Shown: positions 25,247 through 39,895, counted from the first letter of the stretch. The stretch is DNA of 64,000 bases from Ostrea edulis (GCF_947568905.1 NC_079171.1:10788001-10852000); one strand, 5' to 3'. Notes: generated from the sequence alone by a model not told the origin. Translations and numbers: made by a program.

Positions 25247-25814
25247 TGTAATATTGCCTTACCGTACCGGCATACAATAGAAACGCCCCATACTCAGCGT
25301 GAGACTGTTTTCGGAAGTTTGGATTCATTGACTATGACAAAATTAGTCTCTGTTTTCTGGTCGCCATATTTCGTTCGTTTGTGTTCCACTATGTCCCAGT
25401 TACATTTAAGATTTGATTGTGAACTGCAAAGACATTTCTGAACACTGCAATCCGCTCTTACATGACAAGAGTACGGCACCTACCTAATGATCACGTATTG
25501 ACCTTTGAACTTGGTCATGATATGACGGCACACTGTAAGGCTTAACACAATTATATGCTTCCGGTAACCCAACCAACCTTACTTTATAGCCCCCGACCCT
25601 AATTTCTCTATGGGTGGACAGAGAAAAAAATATAAGTCCATAATTCGGGGGTTTTCGACATCGGTTTCACTTTGGAACCGATGTGGAGGCTAAAAAGCTA
25701 TACAAAACAAACGTCATGTCTATCGCCAGCTCAATATTGATTTGAGACTCCTCTGACTCTTACCACCACTATCATAATGTGACATGTGCGGGGAGATACC
25801 GAGAGGACTCCATA

Positions 25815-26207
25815 TTGAGAAGTGGGAATTTCAGCGACACCAGTTGATGTTGGTTTGTCTACCTTTTACAACTTTATTTCGCGGGTCTGCCTTCCAAGAT
25901 CTGGTGATTCAGTACCCGGATGATCAATCTACAAGTTAACAATGACTAATATCAAGCTATCGCTGTTTACGTAACACTTAACACCAACAAATGAAGCATC
26001 ACTTTGACTTAGGTTCGATTTGTTTGCGCATGACGTCAGCACGCAAATGCACACAATTCCAATCGTTGTCAAAGTCAGTATGATAATCCGACAGCTGAGT
26101 CCTCGCGTCTTGGAAGGTAGATATAGATCCGCGAGGGAAAACAAAGTTTGTAAAAGGTAGGCAAAGCAGCGACAACAACCGGTGTAGCTGAATTTCCATT
26201 TGTCAAT
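25815..26207. mobile_element. Degenerate foldback/MITE with about 85-bp inverted arms
   Basis: GAATTTCAGCGACACCAGTTG...TCTACCTTTTACAACTTT...GCCTTCCAAGA versus TCTTGGAAGGT...AAAGTTTGTAAAAGGTAG...CAACCGGTGTAGCTGAATTTC. Confidence 0.6.
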
Positions 26208-26929
26208 CTGAGCACCCTAACTCCCCCATGTCACAATATAAATACGGGGATAAGAGTCAAAAGAATCCCCGATTAGCTCGATATTCGCAATCAAAATTGC
26301 AAAATGTATTTAAGCAGCTAGAAACTGAAAACGTGCTTACACCGGTATATGCTGAGAGCACCGTCAAAGTTTGACAGACGTCTTTGAGGAAGAACATGAG
26401 AACTTCGCACGATGAAATGTTTCAGGGAGTTTCAGATGCATTTTTTCTACCAAAAAAAAAAAATACCGATCCAAATTTTGAAGATGTTATCGGAAACAAA
26501 GATATTTTTAGGCCTAATGAAAGTCATGCATTACAAAAAGAGACTCAATGGCATGAGCTTACTAGTGTGGATGCGATTAACTCATTGATTACCAAGAATG
26601 ATCTTTTTCACAGAGCACAATATGAAATAATGTTTGTGAGGACTTTTGTGAAGTTATCGTGGGGGCATTGACTATCTCAATACCTGCGTTCGACTGGTCC
26701 TCAAACACCCCGGGTCTACGAACCTAACGGAGTCTCGAGGTGACAGATTTCCGCAAAATTCAGTGAACGCGCGTGCACAAAAAAACCCAGCTTGTGAGAA
26801 TGTCAATTTTTAAAACCAAGGCAGGCAATTGACAAGTCAATAAGTTAATGTCACAAGGGTTTTAACTTTCTCGTTTAAAGTCATCATTTTGCGAATTCTA
26901 GTCATTCTGTTGATCTAATTTGCTATCAC

Positions 26930-27170
26930 AGGGTTGAATGCTGCCTGACGTGTTTCATACCGATTGTATACTAATTTTGACTACGGATTACTCCGTTTAC
27001 CTGATCAAGTTATAGGACTTACGGCGAATGTGACTGGTCAACAGGGGGTGCTTACTCCTCCTAGGTACCCGATTCCATCTCTAATGTTTCGAAGAATCCG
27101 TATTTGCCATACTCATCATTTTATATTTATAAGAGTGGTCACTGTTCGTATTTCTTAATTCTTTCATGTT
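26930..27170 (+). mobile_element. Penelope-like 3' end (family B)
   Basis: CTGACGTGTTTCATACCGATTG...GACTACGGATTACTCCGTTTACCTGATCAAG. Confidence 0.8.
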
Positions 27171-28148
27171 TAAAATCGTGATATTGCGTTGAACGTCAAT
27201 CATGCTTAAAAAGACCTCACTTGACCATTTTGCCAATGTGTAGTTTGTGCAAGCCATGACGCTGCAAAGGAGTTTATCATGTCCAAATATATATTCATTA
27301 TCAACGCCTTAATTAATCCGAACATGGTGTTTGGCGTGTCAGCTATATATTTCGGTGTCAGCTGTATATTTCGGTCTGAAGAGATTGACACCACCGTCTC
27401 CTGATACAAACGAAATCATGTTAATTACCACACATAAATAGGGTCACATCAGGAAAAGACCCTGTTAATTTCAACATTTTATATTGTTTTATTTCATGTC
27501 GATTTCCTGCTTCATGCCATGATCAGGAGAGATTCGCAAGCCGTGGCGTACTTTTCAAAGAAACTTACTAATAAGCACAGGCTCATTAAATCTCCTTGAC
27601 AATATAAAACATCATCTTCTGGGATTGGTAGTATTTTTCATGGAATAATTAACACACTATTATCTAAAGAAACCTACAATTATATATCATTTATTAATGG
27701 TGTATCGGTAATAAATCTATGTATTATATATCATTTATTAATGGTGTGTCGGTAATAAATCAATGTATTTTATTTCTTGATATAGGAGCTGACATTTTAC
27801 TTCACTTGAGAACATCTATACTACAAAACATCACTTTAGTAAATAAAAGTGTAAACTTTATTCGTATTACTAATTACAGAAAATTATTCTTTCGCCTTCG
27901 TTGACCGTGAGCGAATATAAAACTGTAAATTTAAAACCTCTGGACTATAATTGCTATAATTCCCTGTGTTTGGGCGAATTCAAAACGGAGTGGAGCAGTT
28001 TACACGTGTAGAAAGGCAAAATAAAACAAGAGGCGAAAATAACTGTATACTTGAAATCAAAACTATGGGGACATGTAGCGGTTTTTTGCGTAGTCTGTTA
28101 AACAATAATGTTACTTGCCCGTATTATGTGTTTATACCTCTGCAATAT

Positions 28149-28417
28149 GTAGCTCAGTGGTAGGGTGTTCACTTCGTAACCGGGGAGGTCTTAAGTTCAA
28201 GCCTCGCTACTGCCTACTTTTAAGACGTAAACATAGTGATTGGTCCTTTGCCAAACGCTTGGCATTAAGAAGTGAAAATCACGGATCTTTCGGGTATGAC
28301 ATTTTAAAAAAACGGAGGTCCCGTGTTGCGGTTGGCGTTGGCACCTTAACGAACACTCACTGCTACGACCCTGAGCGCGAAGCATCGGTCTAAATATGTG
28401 GTACTTCACCAAGAGCT

Positions 28418-28448
<31 letters not shown>

Positions 28449-28478
28449 AACGAGACGTAAAACAAACAGAACACAACC
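28149..28478 (+). mobile_element. tRNA-derived SINE family D
   Basis: GTAGCTCAGTGGTAG...CTTCGTAACCGGG...AGTTCAAGCC head and shared body/tail. Confidence 0.8.
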
Positions 28479-28944
28479 CATAAATTTGTGTTTAGAAAGA
28501 GTTTTGACCGACATTCTTTTTTTTTTTTTTTGGTACAGATCTAGTTTTTTTGTTTTTTTTATTAAATTCTAAATATCAAAATTTTTTTAAACAGTGAGTT
28601 TTACTTGTCAAACATGTTACTTTGTCAGTTAATTAAGTATAGTTCGTAAAGATTAACAAGAATAAACATAAATAAGAGTGAAGGTGTCGTCTGCAGACAG
28701 AATTAAGTCAAACATCGCCTTCAGCTTTCAATTTACATGTACACATTGATTACGAACGCTTAATTGGTTGCGATATTCAAGGCAATATTTAAAACGCATT
28801 GTGGTACAAAACTCTCAAAAGTTGGTTATGAAAATATGAATGCTTAATACGCTGATTATTGTGGTAACTAATATAAAAGAACTGTGAAATTACACTGAAA
28901 TATGGGCTTAAATTACTTACTGGATCTCTAGAGGTTCGTAGTTT

Positions 28945-29208
28945 GTATATTGTTTAATATAGGTCGCTCGAGAATTTTCCACCCTTTTGGAGACGTCACC
29001 ATTGCCGGTGAAGGACTGCAAAATTTAGGCCTATGCTCGGCACTTGCGGCCTTTTAGCAGGGAGGGGTCTTTATCGTGCCACACCTGCTGTGACATGGGA
29101 CCTCGGTTCCCCCCCCCCCCAGTTTCATCCGAAGGACCACCCCATTTAGTCGCCTCTTACGACAAGCAAGGGGCACTGAGGTCCTATTCTAACCTGGATC
29201 CCCACGGG
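28945..29208 (-). mobile_element. SINE family A, full length
   Basis: Ends in CCTGGATCCCCACGGG. Confidence 0.88.
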
Positions 29209-29302
29209 ATCTTGCAAGGATGAATGTATCGTATATCTCAACAAAAATCGTCAAAAAGAATGTTATCAATTACTATTTATGAAAATTCAAAGCAAAGTGG
29301 GA

Positions 29303-29608
29303 TTGATTGATTTTTAATTGTTTTACATCCCGTCGAGAATTTTTCACTCATATTGATATGTCAGCAGCTGTAGATGAAGTACCGCAAATTTAGACCTATG
29401 TTTAGCGCTTACGGCAATAACAGTCAGTCTTCTTTATCGTGCCAATGCCTGCCGCGACACGGGACCTCTTATGTGTGTCTCACTTCTAAATGCCGAGCAT
29501 TTGGCGCAAGAGCAATCACTGCCTTTGTTAACGTGTTCGGTTGAAAACGACCATGGCACGAGCGGGTCTCGAACTCGCGACCTCCCGGTTACGAACGCTC
29601 TACCACTC
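29303..29608 (-). mobile_element. tRNA-derived SINE family D with internal deletion
   Basis: CCATGGCACGAGCGGGTCTCGAACTCGCGACCTCCCGG...CGCTCTACCACT is the reverse complement of the family D head. Confidence 0.8.
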
Positions 29609-30144
29609 ATTTACTGGTAAAATCATGTAGTCCTGAAAGCGAGAGTTGAGGAGAAGAACTGTTAAAAGGGGCGTGACCACGATCTTGATGCCAACAATTC
29701 CAGAGATATTAGTATTTGTTTAAAACTTGACAACAAATCCAAATTTAAAAAAAAAACTGCCACAAACTGTATTTCAGACATTCACATATCAATTTCAAAA
29801 CAAGACGTATTTTTATATATCACGTGTCTCAACTTCTGGCCTCGATGAGGAAAAAAAATTCAACGAACATCTGTCCCTTATTCTTTGTGATTTCTCCAAT
29901 GCTTTTTAAATCTTGGTGTTTCCCTTTCCGCTCGTGGGATCCTGGCTATGACAAGCGTGCTGACAAACTCGATTTAGGCAGCCGGATTTTATGTAAATAC
30001 AAAGTATATCTAATTTAGAAATATTCTTAATTCACTTATTCATAAAATATCTTTATTTTATAACAAAACACATGTACTGTCAATTTCAATCGATCAACAA
30101 CCGTGGACATGCCCCTGTAACATGTTCACTTAAAACATTCCATT

Positions 30145-32486
30145 AAACAAGAGGCCCAAGGGCCTAGAATCGCTCTTCTGATAAATTGTACAACCCCACC
30201 ATTTCTATTCTTAGCCTCTTAGTATTCTAAATCTTTAGTTAAATCCTAAGAATTCAAAAAAAGTAGGTCAATGTGACCTACTTTTTGGTTTAAACATTTC
30301 GAGAACCCAAGAAATATTAACTGACAAAGTTTGATGATTTTAAGCCAATTAGTATCTGAATATTGAAATATAGCTGTCAAATTCCAATCGTAGGTCATGG
30401 TGACCTACTTTTTGATCAGCGTACTCCGAACATGCAAGACCCATCAACTGACAAAGTTTGATGACTGTAGGTCAAATAGTATCTGAAATATATAAATATA
30501 GCCGTCAAATTCCAAAAGTAGGTGAAGGTGACCTACTTTTTGGTCAACACCCTTCAAACATGCAAGACCCAACAACTGACAAAGTTTGATGACTGTAGGT
30601 CAAATAGTATCTGAATTATATAAATATAGCCGTCCAATTCCAAAAGTAGGTCAAGGTGACCTACTTTTTGGTCGAAACCCTTTGAACGTGCAAGACGCAT
30701 CAACTGACAAAGTTTGATGACGGTAGGTCAAATAGTATCTGAAATATATAAATATAGCCGTCCAATTCCAAAAGTAGGTCAAGTTGACCTACTTTTTGGT
30801 CGAAACCCTTCGAACATGCAAGACCCAACAACTGACAAAGTTTGATGACTGTAGGTCAAATAGTATCTGAAATATATAAATATAGCCGTCCAATTCCAAA
30901 AGTAGGTCAAGGTGACCTACTTTTTGGTCGAAACCCTTCGAACATGCAAGACCCATCAACTGACAAAGTTTGATGACTGTAGGTCAAATAGTATCTGAAA
31001 TATATAAATATAGCCGTCCAATTCCAAAAGTAGGTCAAGGTGACCTACTTTTTGGTCGAAACCCTTCGAACATGCAAGACCCATCAACTGACAAAGTTTG
31101 ATGACTGTAGGTCAAATAGTATCTGAAATATATAAATATAGCCGTCCAATTCCAAAAGTAGGTCAAGGTGACCTACTTTTTGGTCGAAACCCTTCGAACA
31201 TGCAAGACCCATCAACTGACAAGTTTGATGACTGTAGGTCAAATAGTATCTGAAATATATAAATATAGCCGTCAAATTCCAAAAGTAGGACAAGGTGTCC
31301 TACTTTTTGGTCGACACACTCCGTAGACTCAAGATGCATCAACTGTCAAAGTTTAATGATTGTAGGTCAATTAGTGACTGAAATATATAAATATAACTGT
31401 CAAATGCCAAAAGTAGGTCACAGTGACCTACTTTTTGGTCGATACACTCCGAAGACTTTAGATGCATCAACTGACAAAGTTTGATGATTGTAGGTCAAAT
31501 AGTGTCTGAAATATAGTAATTTAGCTGTCAAATACCAAAAGTAGGTCACGGTGACCTACTTTTTGGTCGACACAAACCGAAGACTGAAGACACATCAACT
31601 GACAAAGTTTGATGATCCTAGGTTTTACAGTGCCCAAAATATGCATCTAAAATTGAAAATGTGAAATTTGAATATCTGCAAAATTCAAAAAGTAGGTCAC
31701 TGTGACCTACTTTTTTTATAAATATGTTTCAAGGCCTCAAGATGCATCAACTTACAAGATTTGATGATTCTAAACCTCTCGGTATTTGAAATAACAACTT
31801 AAAATATATCTATAAATGATAAGCCATAAAATTCAGAAAGTAGGTCACGGTGACCTATTTTTCAGTTGACGCATTTCAAGGTCCCATGATCCACCAACTG
31901 ACAAGTTTTGATGATCATAGGCTTCAAAGTGTCCAAGATATGCATCAAAATTAATTTTAAAATAAATACCTGCAAAATTCAAAAAGTAGGTCACCGTGAC
32001 CTACTTTTGAGACAACTTGACACAAGGTCCTAAGATGCATCAACTGTCAAAATTTGATGATCCTAGTCCTTATAATGACTAAAATATCAAAGATTTAAGG
32101 AAATATAAATTTAGTTCAACTTTGAAGTGACCTTGAGACCACGCCCTTTGCCCCAGGGTAATGCCTTGAAGAATTTTTAATCTACAACATATCCTCATCC
32201 TTATGTGTAAGTTTGGTGATAATCTGCCCAGTGGTTCTTGAGAAGAAGATTTTTTAGCAACCACTACTTTTGTTTGTATTTTCCTGATTATCTCCCCTTG
32301 TTAAAGGGTCACATCCCTCTATTTAGTATGTATGAAAGCCCTTGGGCCAATGATACCCTGTAAGAAATTTGAAAAAAAATGGCCAAGGGGTTCTTGAGTT
32401 ATAGCCCTTTTTCTAAAAAGTTTACGCACAACGCACAAATGGCCATAGTATTAGCTCTTTGAGCCTTCGGCTCAGAAGAGCTAACA
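30145..32486 (-). mobile_element. Non-autonomous Helentron/HINE (DINE-1/Pearl-like) carrying a 128-bp satellite
   Basis: Minus strand: 5' subTIR TAGCTCTTCTG with adjacent IR (GAGCCGAAGGCTCAAAGAGCTA), 3' subTIR CAGAAGAGCGA, terminal hairpin AGGCCCTTGGGCCT, T-rich flanks. Confidence 0.85.
30265..32085. repeat. 128-bp satellite, about 14 monomers, inside the HINE
   Basis: GACCT at 30786, 30914, 31042 and 31170; each unit has AAAAGTAGGTCA-AGG-TGACCTACTTTT. Confidence 0.92.
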
Positions 32487-33422
32487 AGCAGCATCTGGTA
32501 AAAAAAAAAATTAAAAACTTTTTAAAAAAAAAATTAAGAGTTTTTTGCGCTAAGTAATGACTAACAGAATTAAGACTATCATCGTTCAAGGGCGAAATCA
32601 AATAAAAGATCGATGTCGGGTAAAGAATAAAAACTTAAGGTTGATCGATCCTTGTGTGATGTCATAGGTTTTAGTAAACAAATCTTTATTAAATTAACTT
32701 TGCGTATGATAGAAGCTTATGTGTTCTAAGGATTTTATTCACTGTTTAAAATAAAAGAAAAGTGGTGTATTATTGATAGTGAAAAGGTTCATACCTCCCC
32801 TAATAGATAATCAATTATTTATAATAAAAAATGTTGTCAAGGGCAATAACTCCTATACTGGTATTTCCTCTACTTTATGTCTATCATACAATGTTTTCCC
32901 TAACATCCAATTTATACATATTCATAACTATGACGTAAATTTATAAATAATTATAATTAATGATTTTCTTTAGGGGGGGGGGGGGGGGGGGGGACTGCCA
33001 TCTTAAAAAAGGTGGCAACATACACATTTTCTTTGGTTACTAATCAAATCAAATTATATTCAACTAGTTCGTATAGGGAGTGGTGTGAATAAAAAATATA
33101 GAAACAATTTGTCCGACATCCTTTCACACGATTTATTTCTATAGAAAATGAATTTTTAATGTACATTGATGTGATATTTAAAAATATATACACACGAGTA
33201 TATGGAGTGACATAACAATAGAACATGTTCATTTACATTTATGTACAGGGTACTGAAAATGTTTTTGGATCAGGATTCATCCTATCTAACTTTAAAAATG
33301 TATGTCTTAATCAAAACTGTATCGATTTAGTTTTGTCAGATATTGAGCTGCTCGTCTTGTCCAATTTCTTAAATACGTTTCGGTTTCCAAGCATTGTTAA
33401 AAAAAATACGCAAAGAAACCCA

Positions 33423-36400
33423 TAAAAACAGACGACGATAGTGAGTAAAACAGACGATGATAGTGAATAAAACAGACGATGATAGTGAGTAAAACAGACG
33501 ATGATAGTGAGTAAAACAGACGACGATAGTGAGTAAAACAGACGATGATAGTGTATAAAACAGCCGATGATAGTGAGTAAAACAGACGATGATAGTGGAT
33601 AAAACAGACAACGATAGTGAATAAAACAGACGACGATAGTGAGTAAAACAGACAACGATAGTGGATAAAACAGACTATGATAGTGAGTAAAACAGACGAC
33701 GATAGGGAGTAAAACAGACGACGATAGTGAGTAAAACAGACGATGATAGTGGATAAAACAGACAACGATAGTGAATAAAACAGACAACGATAGTGAGTAA
33801 AACAGACAACGATAGTCGATAAAACAGACGATGATAGTGAGTAAATCAGACAACGATAGGGAGTAAAACAAACGATGATAGTGAGTAAAACAGACGATGA
33901 TAGTGTATAAAACAGACGATGATAGTGAGTAAAACAGACAATGATAGTGGATAAAACAGACAACGATAGTGAATAAAACAGACGACGATAGTGAGTAAAA
34001 CAGACAACGATAGTGGATAAAACAGACGATGATAGTGAGTAAAACAGACGATGATAGTGGATAAAACAGACGATGATAATGAGTAAAACAGACGATGATA
34101 GTGAATAAAACAGACGACGATAGTGAGTAAAACAGACGACGATAGTGTATAAAACAGACGACGATAGTGATCGAGTAAAACAGACAATGATAGTGAGTAA
34201 AATAGACAACGATAGTGGATAAAACAGACGACGATAGTGATCGAGTAAAACAGACGATGATAGTGAGTAAAACAGACAACGATAGTGAATAAAACAGACG
34301 ACGATAGTGGATAAAACAGACGACGATAGTGATCGAGTAAAACAGACAACGATAGTGAATAAAACAGACAACGATAGTGAATAAAACAGACGATGATAGT
34401 GAGTAAAACAGACAACGATAGTGAGTAAAACAGACAACGATAGTGAATAAAACAGACGATGATAGTGAGTAAAACAGACGATGATAGTGGGTAAAACAGA
34501 CGACGATAGTGAGTAAAACAGACGATGATAGTGTATAAAACAGACGATGATAGTGAGTAAAACAGACAACGATAGTGGATAAAACAGACGATGATAGTGA
34601 GTAAAACAGACGACGATAGTGAGTAAGACAGACGATGATAGTGAATAAAACAGACGATGATAGTGAGTAAAACAGACGACGATAGTGGATAAAACAGACA
34701 ACGATAGTGAATAAAACAGACGACGGTAGTGAGTAAAACAGACAACAATAATGGATAAAACAGACGATGATAGTGAGTAAAACAGACGACGATAGTGAAT
34801 AAAACAGACGACGATAGTGAGTAAAACAGACGAGGATAGTGGATAAAACAGACGACGATAGTGATCGAGTAAAAAGACAATGATAGTGAATAAAACAGAC
34901 AACGATAGTGGATAAAACAGACGACGATAGTGAGTAAAACAGACGACGATAGTGAGTAAAACAGACGATGATAGTGAGTAAAACAGAAAGCGATAGTGAA
35001 TAAAACAGACGACGATAGTGGATAAAACAGACGACGATAGTGAGTAAAACAGACAACGATAGTGAGTAAAACAGACGATGATAGTGAGTAAAACAGACAA
35101 CGATAGTGAATAAAACAGACGATGATAGTGGATAAAACAGACGACGATAGTGATTGAGTATAACAGACAACGATAGTGAATAAAACAGACAACGATAGTG
35201 AATAAAACAGACGATAATAGTGAGTAAAACATACAACGATAGTGAATAAAACAAACGATGAGAGTGAGTAAAACAGACGATGATAGTGAATAAAACAGAC
35301 AACGATAGTGAGTAAAACAGACGACGATAGGGAGTAAAACAGACGACGATAGTGAGTAAAACAGACGACGATGGTGAGTAAAACAGCCGATGATAGTGAA
35401 TAAAACAGACGACGAAAATGAGTAAAACAGACGACGATAGTGGATAAAACAGACAACGATAGTGAATAAAACTGACGACGGTAGTGAGTAAAACAAACAA
35501 CGATAGTGGATAAAACAGACGATAATAGTGAGTAAAACAGACGACGGTAGGGAGTAAAACAGACGACGATAGTGAGTAAAACAGACGATGATAGTGTATA
35601 AAACAGACGATGATAGTGAGTAAAACAGACAACGATTGTGGATAAAACAGATGATGATACTGATTAAAACAGACGACGATAGTGAGTAAAACAGACGATG
35701 ATAGTGAATAAAACTGACGATGATAGTGAGTAAAACAGACGACGATAGTGGATAAAACAGACAACGATAGTGAATAAAACAGACGATGATAGTGAGTAAA
35801 ACAGACGATGGTAGTGAGTAAAACAGACGACGATAGTGAGTAAAACAGACGACGATAGTGGATAAAACAGACGACGATAGTAATCGAGTAAAACAGACAA
35901 TGATAGTGAATAAAACAGACAACGATAGTGGATAAAACAGACGACGATAGTGATCGAGTAAAACAGACGACGGTAGTGAGTAAAACAGACAACGATAGTG
36001 GATAAAACAGACGATGATAGTGAGTAAAACAGACGATGATAGTGAATAAAACAGACGACGATAGTGAGTAAAACAGACGACGATAGTGGATAAAACAGAC
36101 GACGATAGTGATCGAGTAAAACAGACAATGATAGTGAATAAAACAGACAACGATAGTGGATAAAACAGACGACGATAGTGATCGAGTAAAACAGACGATG
36201 ATAGTAAGTAAAACAGACAACGATAGTGAATAAAACAGACGACGATAGTGGATAAAACAGACGACGATAGTGATCGAGTAAAACAGACAACGATAGTGAA
36301 TAAAACAGACAACGATAGTGAATAAAACAGACGATGATAGTGAGTAAAACAGACGACGATAGTGAATAAAACAGACGACGATAGTAATAAAAACAGACGA

Positions 36401-39296
36401 TGATAGTGAGTAAAACACACAACGATAGTTAGTAAAACATACAACGATAGTGAGTAAAACAGACGATGATAGTGATTAAAACAGATAACGATAGTGAGTA
36501 AAACAGACGACGATAGTGAGTAAAACAGACGACGATAGTGAGTAAAACAGACGACGATAGTGAATAAAACAGACAACGATAGTGAATAAAACAGACGACG
36601 GTAGTGAGTAAAACAGACAACAATAATGGATAAAACAGACGATGATAGTGAGTAAAACAGACGACGATAGTGAATAAAACAGACAACGATAGTGAGTAAA
36701 ACAGACGAGGATAGTGGATAAAACAGACGACGATAGTGATCGAGTAAAAAGACAATGATAGTGAATAAAACAGACAACGATAGTGGATAAAACAGACGAC
36801 GATAGTGAGTAAAACAGACGACGATAGTGAGTAAAACAGACGATGATAGTGAGTAAAACAGAAAGCGATAGTGAATAAAACAGACGACGATAGTGGATAA
36901 AACAGACGACGATAGTGAGTAAAACAGACAACGATAGTGAGTAAAACAGACGATGATAGTGAGTAAAACAGACAACGATAGTGAATAAAACAGACGACGA
37001 TAGTGGATAAAACAGACGACGATAGTGATTGAGTATAACAGACAACGATAGTGAATAAAACAGACAACGATAGTGAATAAAACAGACGATGATAGTGAGT
37101 AAAACATACAACGATAGTGAATAAAACAAACGATGAGAGTGAGTAAAACAGACGATGATAGTGAATAAAACAGACAACGATAGTGAGTAAAACAGACGAC
37201 GATAGGGAGTAAAACAGACGACGATAGTGAGTAAAACAGACGACGATGGTGAGTAAAACAGCCGATGATAGTGAATAAAACAGACGACGAAAATGAGTAA
37301 AACAGACGACGATAGTGGATAAAACAGACAACGATAGTGAATAAAACTGACGACGGTAGTGAGTAAAACAGACAACGATAGTGGATAAAACAGACGATGA
37401 TAGTGAGTAAAACAGACGACGGTAGGGAGTAAAACAGACGACGATAGTGAGTAAAACAGACGATGATAGTGTATAAAACAGACGATGATAGTGAGTAAAA
37501 CAGACAACGATTGTGGATAAAACAGACGATGATACTGATTAAAACAGACGACGATAGTGAGTAAAACAGACGATGATAGTGAATAAAACTGACGATGATA
37601 GTGAGTAAAACAGACGACGATAGTGGATAAAACAGACAACGATAGTGAATAAAACAGACGATGATAGTGAGTAAAACAGACGATGGTAGTGAGTAAAACA
37701 GACGACGATAGTGAGTAAAACAGACGACGATAGTGGATAAAACAGACGACGATAGTGATCGAGTAAAACAGACAATGATAGTGAATAAAACAGACAACGA
37801 TAGTGGATAAAACAGACGACGATAGTGATCGAGTAAAACAGACGACGGTAGTGAGTAAAACAGACAACGATAGTGGATAAAACAGACGATGATAGTGAGT
37901 AAAACAGACGATGATAGTGAATAAAACAGACGACGATAGTGAGTAAAACAGACGACGATAGTGGATAAAACAGACGACGATAGTGATCGAGTAAAACAGA
38001 CAATGATAGTGAATAAAACAGACAACGATAGTGGATAAAACAGACGACGATAGTGATCGAGTAAAACAGACGATGATAGTAAGTAAAACAGACAACGATA
38101 GTGAATAAAACAGACGACGATAGTGGATAAAACAGACGACGATAGTGATCGAGTAAAACAGACAACGATAGTGAATAAAACAGACGACGATAGTGAATAA
38201 AACAGACGACGATAGTAATAAAAACAGACGATGATAGTGAGTAAAACACACAACGATAGTTAGTAAAACATACAACGATAGTGAATAAAACAGACGATGA
38301 TAGTGATTAAAACAGATAACGATAGTGAGTAAAACAGACGACGATAGTTAGTAAAACAGACGACGATAGTGAGTAAAACAGACGACGATAGTGAATAAAA
38401 CAGACGACGATAGTGAATAAAACAGACAACGATAGTGAGTAAAACAGACGACGATAGTGAGTAAAACAGACGACGATAGTGGATAAAACAGACGACGATA
38501 GTGATCGAGTAAAACAGACAATGATAGTGAATAAAACAGACAACGATAGTGGATAAAACAGACGACGATAGTGATCGAGTAAAACAGACGACGGTAGTGA
38601 GTAAAACAGACAACGATAGTGGATAAAACAGACGATGATAGTGAGTAAAACAGACGATGATAGTGAATAAAACAGACGACGATAGTGAGTAAAACAGACG
38701 ACGATAGTGGATAAAACAGACGACGATAGTGATCGAGTAAAACAGACAATGATAGTGAATAAAACAGACAACGATAGTGGATAAAACAGACGACGATAGT
38801 GATCGAGTAAAACAGACGATGATAGTAAGTAAAACAGACAACGATAGTGAATAAAACAGACGACGATAGTGGATAAAACAGACGACGATAGTGATCGAGT
38901 AAAACAGACAACGATAGTGAATAAAACAGACGACGATAGTGAATAAAACAGACGACGATAGTAATAAAAACAGACGATGATAGTGAGTAAAACACACAAC
39001 GATAGTTAGTAAAACATACAACGATAGTGAATAAAACAGACGATGATAGTGATTAAAACAGATAACGATAGTGAGTAAAACAGACGACGATAGTTAGTAA
39101 AACAGACGACGATAGTGAGTAAAACAGACGACGATAGTGAATAAAACAGACGACGATAGTGAATAAAACAGACAACGATAGTGAGTAAAACAGACAACGA
39201 TAGTGAATAAAACAGACGACGATAGTGAGTAAAACAGACGACGATAGTTAATAAAACAGACGACGATAGTGAATAAAACAGACGACGATAGTGAGT
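33423..39296. repeat. 22-bp minisatellite/satellite array, about 265 monomers, with higher-order duplications
   Basis: Unit AAAACAGACGACGATAGTGAGT with -GAAT, -GGAT and 25-bp -GATCGAGT variants. Confidence 0.97.
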
Positions 39297-39804
39297 AGAA
39301 GAGCTGCATATCTCGTTGTTATTCTGCCGTGTGATTACGAATTCTGCAATCGATCACGTGACAGATATAGTGAATTTTTATGTGCAATTCCAATCATCAT
39401 CAGATATAAAAAATGATTACAAAAATTGAAAATAATTACAAAACACAATCTGATTATAATTAGACTTGCAGATTGCCTTCGTTTAGAGGAATGGAATGCA
39501 TCACACGTCTGATTTTGATTGAACTATTACATTAGCAGGGTGGAGTGATGGAAACTAGAATGTTGACTTAGAAGAGTATTGTTGATTACAGATATTTTAT
39601 AAGATTGTTACGCGTTGAAAACGATGATGATATAAACAAATATTCCCGAAGAAAAAGTCCGAGGGGTTAAATAAATCGAAAGTCAATTGAACGCATCTGA
39701 CTGCAACTCAGACGGTAAATTATGACGTCAAACGTAATAGTTCTACGTCACACGGATTACGTATCTATTGCTGATGTCTAAAAATACAGTTCATTTTTGA
39801 AATT

Positions 39805-39895
39805 GCATAAGGGAATCAACTGCAACACTTCGCGCCGACATAAATTTCATGAAGCTTAAAACATACCGACGTGGAACGACGCAGTTCATGCCCTC
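39805..39895. mobile_element. Hairpin MITE family H, right arm interrupted by a SINE
   Basis: AAGGGAATCAACTGCAACACTTCGCGCCGACATA versus TACCGACGTGGAACGACGCAGTTCATGCCCTCG. Confidence 0.55.

Noticed and set aside
25929-26199. Minus-strand ORFs with a transmembrane-like stretch
   Set aside because: They overlap a degenerate inverted-repeat element; no consistent exon model
33311-39309. Minus-strand ORFs of 215-1618 aa (HYRRLFYSLSSSVLLTIVVCFT repeats)
   Set aside because: All three frames are open only because the 22-bp unit lacks stop codons on that strand; no unique domain, start context or splice structure
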